Source of the DNA: Planctomycetota bacterium
GTDB lineage: Bacteria; Planctomycetota; UBA1135; UBA2386
DNA length: 64,000 nucleotides
Reading direction: 5' to 3'
Assembly: GCA_019636245.1 (NCBI GenBank)
Contig: JAHBXX010000007.1
Location: 12,796 to 76,795 of the forward strand
The notes beneath the pieces were generated by a model. It searched no databases. It was given only the letters and a program-made list of their open reading frames with translations, and was not told where the DNA came from. This document shows positions 32,401 through 41,780 of the stretch, piece after piece. Position numbers and translations under genes: made by a program. Numbering within the stretch: position 1 is the first letter of the stretch; each line of letters opens with the position of its first letter.

Positions 32401-35304
32401 ATGACGAACCGATTCCTCGGCGCCCTCGGCGCCTGCTTCCTCGGCCTCGCGGCTGGCTGCGACAACGTCGGGCGCGCCTTCGACCCGATCATCGATCCGG
32501 GCCCCCCCGGCGGGCCGGGCACTTCGAACATCGAGGTGGTGCCGATCGGCGGCGACGTGCGCGACGGACGCCCCAAGGTTCGGGCGGCCTTCCCCAGCGG
32601 CAGCGGCTGGCCCAGCGTGGTGCCGGTCGTGGTCGAGTTCACGGAGAGCGTCAACCGCAGCACCGTCCTGCCGACCTCGCCGACCGGCGGCGACGGCCGC
32701 ATCGTGCTGCGGGCGCGTGGCACCACCCAGGTGCTGCCCTGCCAGTACGACTTCCTCGCCGCCAACCGTGTCCTGGTGATGCGGCCGGTCACCGCGCTGC
32801 CGAACACCAACGCCCCGACCTACCAGGTCGTGCTGCTGCCCGACGCCCGCGATGCCGATGGCGCCAGGTTCGACGTTCCCACCGGCGGCACCGTGCTGAC
32901 CGAGTTCCAGGTCAACCAGGCCGAGTCGTTCGCCGACGGCCGCATCCTGACGACCTATCCGCGCGACAACGGCCGCGACGCGACCCGCGAGACCGACTAC
33001 TTCGTGTTCTTCGACCGGCCGGCGAACGAGGCCTCGGTGACGACGACCAACCTGCGGCTGCGGCGCCGCGGCGGGACCGACCTGGTCGGCCAGCGCACGT
33101 TCCCGTTGTCGCTGGTGGGCGTGACCGACGGGCGTGTGCTGCGGTTCCGGCCCGAGAACCGCCTGCTGGCGACGACGTGGCACGAACTGGTCGTCGACGA
33201 CACGATCACCTTCGGCACCAGCGGCAAGCTGGACTTCCGCGGCCGCACGCCGTTCGCCAGCTTCCAGACGGTCGGGCCGGCGGCGCCGGCGGGGGTCGTG
33301 CTCGGCAACCCGACGCCGGCCACGTTCGTCAACAAGATCAACCGCGCCAATGCCGGCGCCGCGGTGTTGCACGTCACGACCGCCGCCGACACCGAGGCCG
33401 GCGACCGCATCCGCGGCCGCATCTACGGCAGCGAGGCCAGCACCGCGAGCAACACCGCCGACATCGGCTACGTGGAGCGCATCGTCACCGTGCCGGCGGC
33501 AGGGACCCAGAGCGTGGTGCTCGACTTCAGCGGGCGGCTCGGCACCCTGACGAAGCCCTCGTTCGACGACGGGCCGCTGACCTTCGCGGTGCAGACGCAG
33601 CGCGGCAGCCAGCAGAGCGGCTTCGTGCACAACGATGCCACGGACGCGGCGCTGTTCGACATCACGTTGCCGACACTGCGGCAGGCCGGGCCGCCGAGCG
33701 TCGGCTCGGCCTTCGACGTCGCGATCGATCAGGAGTACCTGGCCTTCTACGGCACCGCCAGCGAACCCGTCGGCGAGGTGCTGCTCACCGATGGCGGACC
33801 CGAGGTCGGTCTGTTCGCCGCCGCCGCCGACGGCACCTTCCTGATGCGGCCGCTGCGCTTGGGGCGGCTGACCGGACCGCGGTCGTACTCGCTGACGCTG
33901 CGCGACCGCGCCGGCAACCTGGCGACCGGCGCCGTTTCCGGCTCGATCAGGCAGCGGGGCGTGGTCACCGGCGCCGTGGCCGGCGAACTCACGGTCGAGG
34001 CCTACGACCACGCCACGCTCGCGCCGGTGGCGAACGCCAAGGTCCTCGTCGATCCGGGCGCCCCGTCGGCGCCGGCCGTGAACCAGCTGGTCGGCACGAC
34101 CGGCGCCGACGGACGGGTGGTGTTCCAGGGTCTGGCGGGCAGCGAACACACGGTGACCGTCGTGCGGTCCGGTTTCGATCTGGTGACCGTCTACCGCAGT
34201 GGCGCGGCGTTCCTGTCGCTGCCGCTGCGGCCGCAGACCGCCGCCACGGCGACGCTGCAGGGCAACGTGGCGTTCACGGTGATCCCGGGCTCGACGGCGT
34301 TGGTCGGCTGCACCTCGCTCGACGATGCGAACGACTTCGCCGTGGGCACGACGCTCGCGGCGCCAACGACGATCCCGCCGACGCCGATCCTGCCCAATCG
34401 CCCGGCGATCGTCACCGCCTTCGCCGGCGCCTTCGAACCCAGCGCGCGGCCGACGTTCAGCTTCCAGGGCTTCCAATCGCTGGGTGCGGACCTGGCGACG
34501 CCGACGGCGCCGCTGGCGCCGCCGGCCGCCGGCGGAACGTCGAACCAGAACGTGATCCTGCTGCCGAGCGTCGGCCAGATCGGCTTCCTGCTCGGTCCCT
34601 ACACGGTCGACTTCGGTCTCGCGGCCGGACTCGACGTCGGCAACCTGATCGGCGGGCGACCGGTCGTGCGCGTCACCTCGTCGCTGCAGGGTTTCGGCGG
34701 CCAGCTGTTGATGGGCGTGGGCTTCGCGCAGGCGAGTGCCGGGACGAGCTTCGACATCGACGTGAACTGGACCCTGCCGGGCTTCATCGGCCTGACCGGG
34801 TTCGGCGCCGAACTGGCGACCTGGGGCCTCAGCGAGGCCCGCGACGTCGGCGGTCGCATCAGCCGGCACCGCGTGCTGGTGGACGTGCTCACCGGCCTGC
34901 TCCAGGGCGCTTTCCTGCCGCCGCAGTCGATCCCGGTGGTGACGGCGCCCGGCCTGCCCTTCGTCGGCGCGCCGCTGGCGGAGTACGCCGACGTGCTCGA
35001 TCCGGCGGCGACGGTCGGCGGCGTGGCCGTCGTCGACGTGGTCGCGACCGACGCCAATGGCCGTCGCTGGACGATGCTGGTCGCCGACACCGACGCCGCT
35101 GGCGGCACCGAATCCGTACAGTTCCCCGACCTTGCGCAGGCCGGCACGCCAGGACTGGCGACCGGCAACTGGACGGTGCGTGCCGAGTCGCGGCTCTGGC
35201 TGTCGCTGTCGAGCGCCGGCTTCGACGACTGCGCGCTGGCCGAACGGCGCCACGCCGAGATCCTCTACTCGCGTGGCAGCGCGGTGACGTTCGTCGTGCA
35301 GTGA
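32401..35304 (+). CDS. Large surface lipoprotein with Ig-like (SbsA/Big_5-like) and carboxypeptidase-regulatory-like domains, 967 aa
   Basis: The internal ATG of ORF 32239..35304(+) at codon 55 begins the gene. The lipobox is FLGLAAGC. Segments such as RVLVMRPVTALPNTNAPTYQVVLL and GTTGADGRVVFQGLAGSEHTVTVVRSGF support the domain calls. Confidence 0.65.
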   Translation: MTNRFLGALGACFLGLAAGCDNVGRAFDPIIDPGPPGGPGTSNIEVVPIGGDVRDGRPKVRAAFPSGSGWPSVVPVVVEFTESVNRSTVLPTSPTGGDGRIVLRARGTTQVLPCQYDFLAANRVLVMRPVTALPNTNAPTYQVVLLPDARDADGARFDVPTGGTVLTEFQVNQAESFADGRILTTYPRDNGRDATRETDYFVFFDRPANEASVTTTNLRLRRRGGTDLVGQRTFPLSLVGVTDGRVLRFRPENRLLATTWHELVVDDTITFGTSGKLDFRGRTPFASFQTVGPAAPAGVVLGNPTPATFVNKINRANAGAAVLHVTTAADTEAGDRIRGRIYGSEASTASNTADIGYVERIVTVPAAGTQSVVLDFSGRLGTLTKPSFDDGPLTFAVQTQRGSQQSGFVHNDATDAALFDITLPTLRQAGPPSVGSAFDVAIDQEYLAFYGTASEPVGEVLLTDGGPEVGLFAAAADGTFLMRPLRLGRLTGPRSYSLTLRDRAGNLATGAVSGSIRQRGVVTGAVAGELTVEAYDHATLAPVANAKVLVDPGAPSAPAVNQLVGTTGADGRVVFQGLAGSEHTVTVVRSGFDLVTVYRSGAAFLSLPLRPQTAATATLQGNVAFTVIPGSTALVGCTSLDDANDFAVGTTLAAPTTIPPTPILPNRPAIVTAFAGAFEPSARPTFSFQGFQSLGADLATPTAPLAPPAAGGTSNQNVILLPSVGQIGFLLGPYTVDFGLAAGLDVGNLIGGRPVVRVTSSLQGFGGQLLMGVGFAQASAGTSFDIDVNWTLPGFIGLTGFGAELATWGLSEARDVGGRISRHRVLVDVLTGLLQGAFLPPQSIPVVTAPGLPFVGAPLAEYADVLDPAATVGGVAVVDVVATDANGRRWTMLVADTDAAGGTESVQFPDLAQAGTPGLATGNWTVRAESRLWLSLSSAGFDDCALAERRHAEILYSRGSAVTFVVQ

Positions 35305-35960
35305 AGGGCGCGACGGTGCGGGGCATCGCCTTGTTGTCGGGTGGACTCGACTCCGGCGTGGCCGCGGCGTGGTTCCAACGCCAGGCCGGCCATCGGCTGG
35401 CCGCCTGCTTGTACTTCGACTATGGCCAGCGCGCCGCGCGCCGGGAGCAGGAGGCCGCCCGGCGGCTGGCGTCGCGGCTCGCTTCGCCGCTGCTGCAGAT
35501 CGAACTGCCCTGGCTCGGCACCCTGGCGCGACAGGCCGGCAGCAGGCTGGTGCCCGGTACGGGGCCGCTGCCGGAGGGAACCGCCGCGGTGCCGGGCGAC
35601 GCGACCAGCGCCGCTGCCGTCTGGGTGCCGGCGCGCAACGTGGTCTTCGTCGCCATCGCCGCCGCTCATGCCGAAGCGCTGCCCGCCGACTGCATCGTCG
35701 CCGGGTTCAACGCCGAGGAAGCGGCCACCTTCCCCGACAACTCGGCCGCCTTCGTCGCCGCCTGCGAGAGCGCGCTGGCGCTGGGCACACGCCGCGGCAT
35801 CCGGGTCACGAGCCCGACGCTGGCCTGGGACAAGCCGCGCATCGTCGCCGCGGCGCGGGACCTGGGCTTCACGGCCGCGGACTTCTGGTCCTGCTACGAG
35901 GGCGGTGACGAGCCGTGTCGTCGCTGCGAATCGTGCCGGCGCAACCGCGGCTGGGATTGA
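35301..35960 (+). CDS. queC: 7-cyano-7-deazaguanine synthase
   Basis: This is the tail of shadow ORF 33177..35960(+). The GTG at 35301 overlaps the upstream stop as GTGA (an alternative GTG lies at 35316). LLSGGLDS is the PP-loop. The C-terminal Zn cluster is CYEGGDEPCRRCESCRRN. Confidence 0.85.
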   Translation: MKGATVRGIALLSGGLDSGVAAAWFQRQAGHRLAACLYFDYGQRAARREQEAARRLASRLASPLLQIELPWLGTLARQAGSRLVPGTGPLPEGTAAVPGDATSAAAVWVPARNVVFVAIAAAHAEALPADCIVAGFNAEEAATFPDNSAAFVAACESALALGTRRGIRVTSPTLAWDKPRIVAAARDLGFTAADFWSCYEGGDEPCRRCESCRRNRGWD

Positions 35961-35985
35961 CGCCACGTATGCTGCGCCACCCGGC

Positions 35986-36789
35986 ATGGTCTCGGTCTTC
36001 GGCATCGTCAACGTCACGCGGGATTCGTTCTCCGATGGCGGCCGCTTCCTCGAGCCGCAGGCCGCGATCGACCACGCCGAGGGCCTGCTGGCGGCGGGCG
36101 CCGACGTGATCGACGTCGGTGCGGAATCGACCCATCCCGATGCCGAACCCGTGGCCGCGGCCGAGGAGGTGCGCCGTCTGGAGCCCGTGGTCGGAGCCCT
36201 GCTGCAGCGGCGGGCGGTGGTCAGCGTCGACACCTGGAAGCCGGAGGTCATGCGATCGATGGCCCGACTGGGCGTGCACTGGCTCAACGACGTGCGCGGC
36301 TTCCGGACCCCGGGCGCGCTCGAGGCCGCCGCCGCGGCCCCGTCGCACGTGCGGTTCGTGGTGATGCACGCGCGCCAGCCGGGCCCGCGCGCGGAGCGCC
36401 GCGAGCGCGGCCCCGAGGGCCTGCTGGGGGAGATCGAGGTCTTCCTGCGCGAGCGGCTGGCGGCGTTCGCGGCCGCCGGCATCGGCGGCGAGCGCCTCGT
36501 GCTCGACCCGGGCATGGGCTTCTTCCTCGGTGCCGGCGCGGCGCCGAGCCTCGCCGTGCTGCGACACCTGCCCCGGCTGCGCCGCCATGGCGTGCCGGTG
36601 CTGGTCTCCGTCTCGCGCAAGTCGTTCCTCGGCGAACTGGCCGGCCGGTCCCCCGCGGGCCGCGGCGCGGCGACCCTGGCGGCGGAACTCTGGGCGGTGC
36701 GGTCCGGCGCCGACTTCGTACGCACCCACGACGTCGCGGCCCTGCGCGACGCCTGCCGCGTCGAGCGCGCGATCGCGGAGGCGCCGTGA
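35986..36789 (+). CDS. folP: Dihydropteroate synthase
   Basis: The internal ATG of ORF 35341..36789(+) begins the gene. Motifs are GIVNVTRDSFSDGG, DVGAESTHP, SVDTWKP, LNDVRG, DPGMGF and VSVSRKSF. Confidence 0.9.
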   Translation: MVSVFGIVNVTRDSFSDGGRFLEPQAAIDHAEGLLAAGADVIDVGAESTHPDAEPVAAAEEVRRLEPVVGALLQRRAVVSVDTWKPEVMRSMARLGVHWLNDVRGFRTPGALEAAAAAPSHVRFVVMHARQPGPRAERRERGPEGLLGEIEVFLRERLAAFAAAGIGGERLVLDPGMGFFLGAGAAPSLAVLRHLPRLRRHGVPVLVSVSRKSFLGELAGRSPAGRGAATLAAELWAVRSGADFVRTHDVAALRDACRVERAIAEAP

Positions 36790-37553
36790 TCCCGCTGCGC
36801 GACAGCATCCCTTCGAGCCGCACGCCGATCGTCACCTACACGCTGCTCGGGCTCTGCACGCTGGTCTTCGTGCTGCAACTGGGCGACGCGCAGGGCGCGT
36901 TGCTCGAGCGGTTCGGCATGGTGCCGGCCCGGGTGTTCGATCCGCACGGCGACCATGTCCTGCGTGGGCTCGGCCGCGCCCACCGGCTGGCGCCGGCGAT
37001 GGTGCCCGAATGGCTGACCCTGCTGACCTGCACCTTCCTGCACGGCGGCTGGCTGCACTTCCTCGGCAACATGCTGTTCCTGTGGATCTTCGGCGACAAC
37101 GTCGAGGATCGCTTCGGCCGGCCGGCGTTCCTCGTCTTCTACCTCGCCGCCGGCGTCGCCGCGTCGGCGGCCCACCTGCTGACCGCGGCGTCGTCGACGG
37201 TGCCGACGATCGGCGCCAGCGGCGCGATCGCGGGCGTCATGGGCGCCTACATGCTGCTCTATCCGCAGTCCCGCGTGCAGATGCTGGTCGTCTGGGGGTT
37301 CTTCGTCGATCTCGTCGTGCTGCCGGCGCCGTTCTTCCTCGGCTACTGGTTCCTGCTGCAGTTGCTGCAGGGCGCGATCGAGTTCGGTCGCGGTGGTGGT
37401 GGGGTGGCCTGGTGGGCGCACATCGGCGGCTTCGTCGCCGGGGCGCTGGTCGCGGCGGTGCTGCGTGCCACCGAACACCTGCGACCGGAGCCGCCCGCCG
37501 TGGCGCTGAGCCGGCGGCGCTACGGCAGCGGTCGGGCCGTCCGGCGGTGGTGA
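36786..37553 (+). CDS. Rhomboid family intramembrane serine protease
   Basis: ORF 36786..37553(+), 255 aa. The GTG start overlaps the folP stop as GTGA. Motifs are FLHGGWLHFLGNMLFLWIFG, GASGAIAGVMGAY (catalytic Ser) and AHIGGFVAG (catalytic His). Confidence 0.85.
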   Translation: MIPLRDSIPSSRTPIVTYTLLGLCTLVFVLQLGDAQGALLERFGMVPARVFDPHGDHVLRGLGRAHRLAPAMVPEWLTLLTCTFLHGGWLHFLGNMLFLWIFGDNVEDRFGRPAFLVFYLAAGVAASAAHLLTAASSTVPTIGASGAIAGVMGAYMLLYPQSRVQMLVVWGFFVDLVVLPAPFFLGYWFLLQLLQGAIEFGRGGGGVAWWAHIGGFVAGALVAAVLRATEHLRPEPPAVALSRRRYGSGRAVRRW

Positions 37554-37596
37554 GCGGCGGCTGAACCTCCGGTGGCACGGCAGCGTTGGCACGCCC

Positions 37597-39741
37597 ATGC
37601 CCACGCTCTCCCGCCGCGCCGGGCTCGGCCGTGCCTTGCCCGCACTGCCGGTCGGCGCGTTCGTCGTCGCTCCCGCTCAGGCCCAGGTCCCGATCGACCC
37701 TGGTTCCGTCTCGCCACCGGTCGTCGTCACCGCCTCGCGCCTCGAACAGGATCCGTTCGCGGCGCCGCGCGCGATCGACCTGCTGACGTCGCAGTACCTG
37801 CAGCGCGGCAACTTCAAGAGCACGCCGCAGGCGTTGCGCGAGCTGCCGAGCGTCATGGTGCAGGAGACGGCCCCCGGCCAGGGTTCGCCGTTCGTGCGCG
37901 GCTTCACCGGCTACCTGAACCTGCTGCTGATCGACGGCATCCGGCTCAACAACTCGGCGTTCCGGGCCGGACCGAACCAGTACTGGTCGACCGTCGATCT
38001 CTGGTCGACCGATCGCATCGAGGTGCTGCGCGGCGTCGCGTCGACCCAGTACGGCAGCGACGCCATCGGCGGCACCGTGCAGGTGTTCACCAAGAGCGCC
38101 ACCGGCTTCGGCGCCGAGGGCACGCGTTTCGGCGGCGGGCTGTTCGGCCGCTACGCCACGGCCGAGGACTCGATCGGCGCTCGCGGCGAGGTGCAGGCGG
38201 GCATCGTGCGCGAGAACGGCCTCCACACCGGCGTGCTCGTCGGCGGCAGCGCGCGTTCGTTCGGGGAGCTCGAAGGCGGCGACGACACCGGCCGGCAACC
38301 GAACACCGACCACGACGAGACGGGTTTCGACGTCAAGGTGGAGCACTGGCTCGACCGCGGCGCGAAGCTGGTGTTCCTGCACCAGGAGTTCGCGCAGGAC
38401 AACGTGCCGCGCACCCACGCGACGGTGGCCGGGGAGAGCTGGCGCGGCACCGCGGTCGGCGCCGATCTGCAGCGTGACCTCGACCAGAACCGCAGGCTCA
38501 CCTACCTGCAGTACCACCGCACCGACATGACGGGGCCGGTGCAGGCGATGCGCGCCTCGGTCTCCTGGCACGTACAGCGCGAACTCGAGGACCGCATCAC
38601 CGGAGCCGGGGCGCAGCGCTGGCAGGCGTTCGAAGTCGGCACCTTCGGCGCCTTCCTGCAGTTCGAGAGCGACCTGGGGGCGCTCGGTCGCTTGACCTAC
38701 GGCGTCGACTGGTACCACGACAACGTCAACTCCTGGTTCCGTCGCGTCGGCGCGCCGCAGCCGCCCGATGCGATCCAGGGCCAGGTGGCCAACGACGCGC
38801 GCTACGACCTGCTCGGCGTGTTCGTGGAGGACCAGGTGGCGATCGCGCGCAACGTCGGCCTGCAACTCGGCGCGCGCTACACGCATGCCGAAGTCGACGC
38901 CAAGAGCGTGCGCGACCCGGCCGGCAACCGGATCGCGATCGCCGACCAGTGGGACGAGGTCGTCGGCAACGTCCACCTGCGGGTCGGGATCGTCGAGGGC
39001 TGGAACGTCTACGGCGGCGTGAGCCAGGGCTTCCGGGCGCCGTCGCTCAGCGACCTGTCGAGCTTCGACATCGCGCGCAGCGGCGAGCAGGAAGTGCCCG
39101 CGCCCGGGCTCGATGCCGAGCGCTACCTCGGCTACGAGATCGGCACCAAGGTGCGAGCCGGTGCCGTGCGTGGCCAGCTGGCCTGGTACTACACCGACAT
39201 CGACGATCAGATCCTGCGGTTCCCCACCGGGACGACGAACGCCGACGGCCAGCCGATCGTCACCAAGGCCAACGTGGGCACCGGCTACGTGCAGGGCGTC
39301 GAACTGCAGTACGAGTGGGAGTGCCTGACGCGGGCCTGGCTCTACGGCAGCAACACCTGGCAGCACGGCCGCGTGTCCAACTTCAACGGCGCCTCGCTCG
39401 AGCGCAGCGAGGAGTACGTGTCCCGGCTGATGCCGTTCACGACCCAGGTCGGGCTGCGCTGGGAGGACGCCGAGGGCCGGTTCCACGCCGAGACGTGGGT
39501 CGTGCGGGCCGAGGACGCCGACAAGCTGTCGGCGGGCGACCAGCGCGACACGCAGCGCATCCCGCCCGGGGGCACGCCCAGCTACACGACCTGGAACCTG
39601 CGCTGCGGCTGGCGGGCCGACGACCGCACCAACATCGAACTCGCGGTCGAGAACATCACCGACGTCGACTACCGCGTGCACGGTTCGGGCAGCAACGCCC
39701 CGGGCCGCAACTTCGTGCTGGGCATGCGCACGCAGTTCTAG
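37597..39741 (+). CDS. TonB-dependent outer-membrane receptor
   Basis: ORF 37597..39741(+), 714 aa, with a signal peptide. The plug region contains VVVTASRLEQ and IEVLRGVASTQYGSDAIGGTVQVFTK. A long beta-barrel region follows, ending in the C-terminal GRNFVLGMRTQF with terminal Phe. Confidence 0.9.
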   Translation: MPTLSRRAGLGRALPALPVGAFVVAPAQAQVPIDPGSVSPPVVVTASRLEQDPFAAPRAIDLLTSQYLQRGNFKSTPQALRELPSVMVQETAPGQGSPFVRGFTGYLNLLLIDGIRLNNSAFRAGPNQYWSTVDLWSTDRIEVLRGVASTQYGSDAIGGTVQVFTKSATGFGAEGTRFGGGLFGRYATAEDSIGARGEVQAGIVRENGLHTGVLVGGSARSFGELEGGDDTGRQPNTDHDETGFDVKVEHWLDRGAKLVFLHQEFAQDNVPRTHATVAGESWRGTAVGADLQRDLDQNRRLTYLQYHRTDMTGPVQAMRASVSWHVQRELEDRITGAGAQRWQAFEVGTFGAFLQFESDLGALGRLTYGVDWYHDNVNSWFRRVGAPQPPDAIQGQVANDARYDLLGVFVEDQVAIARNVGLQLGARYTHAEVDAKSVRDPAGNRIAIADQWDEVVGNVHLRVGIVEGWNVYGGVSQGFRAPSLSDLSSFDIARSGEQEVPAPGLDAERYLGYEIGTKVRAGAVRGQLAWYYTDIDDQILRFPTGTTNADGQPIVTKANVGTGYVQGVELQYEWECLTRAWLYGSNTWQHGRVSNFNGASLERSEEYVSRLMPFTTQVGLRWEDAEGRFHAETWVVRAEDADKLSAGDQRDTQRIPPGGTPSYTTWNLRCGWRADDRTNIELAVENITDVDYRVHGSGSNAPGRNFVLGMRTQF

Positions 39742-39895
39742 CCGCCCGGCCCCTACGCCGTGGTGCGCCCGTCGGCCCGGGCTCGCACGCCCGACCTGGA
39801 ATCCGGCCCCGCCGTGGTTCCCCGGCGCGCCTCAAGTCCGGACCGGCGGCGGCCGAAACTCGGTCGTGGACCCGGGTGCGGACCGCACGAGGCGC

Positions 39896-40642
39896 ATGGA
39901 ATCCGTCAACGAGATCAAGGAAGCCCTGTCGGCGCGTTCGCGCACGGCGACCCTGGATGAACTGCGCAACGAGGGCCGCCGCCGGGTGCGCCTGGTCCGC
40001 GCCGAGCACATCGCGGCGATGATCCGCGAGGCGGTCAACGCCGCCGTCGAGCAGTCCGGGCTGGTCTCGCCGGCGGAGGTCGAGCAGCTGGTCGAGAAGA
40101 GCCGGATCGAGTTCCGCTCGATCATGAAGGAACGCGAGGCGGAGGTGCAGCGCGCCCACGAGGTCGCCGAGCAGCTCGCCGAACGCGAGACCGAACTCGC
40201 CGAGCTGAAGCAGCGGTTCGCGGAGGTCGAGGCGGCCCTGGAGGCGGCGCGGCGGCAGGCGCCCGGCCCGTCCACGGCCTCGGCCCCGGCGCCGTCGGGC
40301 GACCTCGTGCTGTCGCTTGTCCAGGAGATGGCCAACCTGAAGGCCAGCCTGATGCAGCGCGAGGCGCAGCCGCAGGCCCAGGCCGGCGGCGGCGTCGCCG
40401 ACTTCTCGGCGGCGCTCGACAAGCTCACCGGCACGCTGAACGACCGCCTCGAGAAGCTCGGCAAGAAGATGGGCGTCAGCGCGGCGGTCGAGTCGGACGC
40501 GCCGGTGGACTTCGGCGGCCTGTTCCGCGACGCGGACAAGGCGCTCGAGTCGAACATGGCCAACATCGAGGTGAAGCAGAAGGCTGGCGGCGGCATCGCC
40601 GGCAACCTGGCGCGCCTCAAGAAGCTCAAGGGCGGCGGCTAG
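39896..40642 (+). CDS. Coiled-coil protein with a basic C-terminal tail (hypothetical), 248 aa
   Basis: ORF 39866..40642(+) begins with GTG; the ATG at 39896 gives MESVNEIKEAL. Central heptad-rich region is EREAEVQRAHEVAEQLAERETELAELKQRFAEVEAALEAARR. A Pro/Ala/Ser linker follows, and the tail is GNLARLKKLKGGG. Confidence 0.6.
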   Translation: MESVNEIKEALSARSRTATLDELRNEGRRRVRLVRAEHIAAMIREAVNAAVEQSGLVSPAEVEQLVEKSRIEFRSIMKEREAEVQRAHEVAEQLAERETELAELKQRFAEVEAALEAARRQAPGPSTASAPAPSGDLVLSLVQEMANLKASLMQREAQPQAQAGGGVADFSAALDKLTGTLNDRLEKLGKKMGVSAAVESDAPVDFGGLFRDADKALESNMANIEVKQKAGGGIAGNLARLKKLKGGG

Positions 40643-40697
40643 GCCGCCCCATCGCAACATTCGCAACGAGAACTTCCGGGGAGCAAGGCGGAGAGCA

Positions 40698-41744
40698 ATG
40701 ACGCAGCACCAGAATCACGACGATCCCAGCATCGACCATGGCGCCGACACGGCCGTGGCCCTCGGCAAGGGCCTCGACGTCGGCACGGCGAATCTCGCCG
40801 CCGCGGTCCAGAACGACGAAGGCGGCATCACGGTGACCGTGGAACGCAACGCGTTCCTCGACATCCCGAGCGACGTCTACAGCAAGAACATGCTGACGAA
40901 GCTCAAGGTGCCCTACGTCGTGCACAACAACAAGCTCGTCGTCATCGGCGAGGCCGCCTTCGAGCTCGCCAACGTGTTCGGCCGCGAGACGCGGCGGCCG
41001 ATGAGCGACGGCCTGATCAGCCCCAACGAGCAGGACGCGCTGCCGATGATGAAGATGATCATCGGCAAGATCCTCGGCGAGCCGCGGGTGCCCGGCGAGA
41101 ACTGCTACTTCTGCGTGCCGGCGCCCTCGCTCGACGTCGACAACAACGTCGTCTACCACCAGGGCCTGTTCGAGAGCCTCATCAACAAGATGGGCTACAC
41201 CGCCCACGCCATCAACGAGGCGCACGCGGTGATCTTCGCCGAGCTGGCCGAGAACGACTTCACCGGCATCGGGCTGTCGTTCGGCGGCGGCATGGCCAAC
41301 GCCTGCATCGCCTACAAGTCGATCCCGTGCCTGTCGTTCTCGGTCGCCCGCGGCGGCGACTGGATCGACAAGAACGTCGCCAACGTGCTCGGTTGCCCGC
41401 GCAGCAAGGCGACCCACATCAAGGAGCGCGGCATCGACATCCGCGACCCGAAGAGCCGCGAGGAGGAAGCCGTCGCGATCTACTACCGCAGCCTGATCAA
41501 CTACGTGCTGCAGAACATCAAGACGCGCTTCGAGTCCGGCCAGAACATGCCGAGCTTCAACACGCCGATCGACATCGCCTGCGCCGGCGGCACGTCGATG
41601 GTCGGCGGCTTCATCGAGGTCTTCCGCGACGAGTTCGCGAAGATCGACTTCCCGATCCCCGTCGGGCGGATCTTCCGCAGCGAAGAGGCCCTGACCGCGG
41701 TCGCCAAGGGCTGCCTGGTCGCGGCCGCGATCGGCGAGGCCTGA
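40698..41744 (+). CDS. Divergent actin-fold ATPase (MreB/ParM/MamK superfamily), 348 aa
   Basis: ORF 40698..41744(+), with GGAGAG 6 nt upstream of the ATG. The ordered actin-fold motifs are GLDVGTANL (phosphate 1), RRPMSDGLI, YFCVPAP, INEAHAVIFAE, GIGLSFGGGMANACIA (phosphate 2), IACAGGTSMVGGF (adenosine) and LTAVAKGCLVAA. Confidence 0.75.
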   Translation: MTQHQNHDDPSIDHGADTAVALGKGLDVGTANLAAAVQNDEGGITVTVERNAFLDIPSDVYSKNMLTKLKVPYVVHNNKLVVIGEAAFELANVFGRETRRPMSDGLISPNEQDALPMMKMIIGKILGEPRVPGENCYFCVPAPSLDVDNNVVYHQGLFESLINKMGYTAHAINEAHAVIFAELAENDFTGIGLSFGGGMANACIAYKSIPCLSFSVARGGDWIDKNVANVLGCPRSKATHIKERGIDIRDPKSREEEAVAIYYRSLINYVLQNIKTRFESGQNMPSFNTPIDIACAGGTSMVGGFIEVFRDEFAKIDFPIPVGRIFRSEEALTAVAKGCLVAAAIGEA

Positions 41745-41780
41745 GCCAGCCGAACCAACCGCCGGGCGCTCGCCCGGCGG

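Noticed and set aside
37554-37596. A Fur box or cobalamin riboswitch in front of the TonB-dependent receptor.
   Set aside because: The gap is only 43 nt of GC-rich sequence. There is no AT-rich Fur-box-like palindrome, and the gap is far too short for a riboswitch.
37572-37600. Two TGGCAC elements just upstream of the TonB-dependent receptor start (TGGCACGGCAGCGTTGGCACGCCCATG), which look like sigma54 -24 boxes.
   Set aside because: The GG to GC spacing is wrong (13 and 9 nt instead of 10). The elements also sit 0-25 nt from the start codon, leaving no room for a leader.
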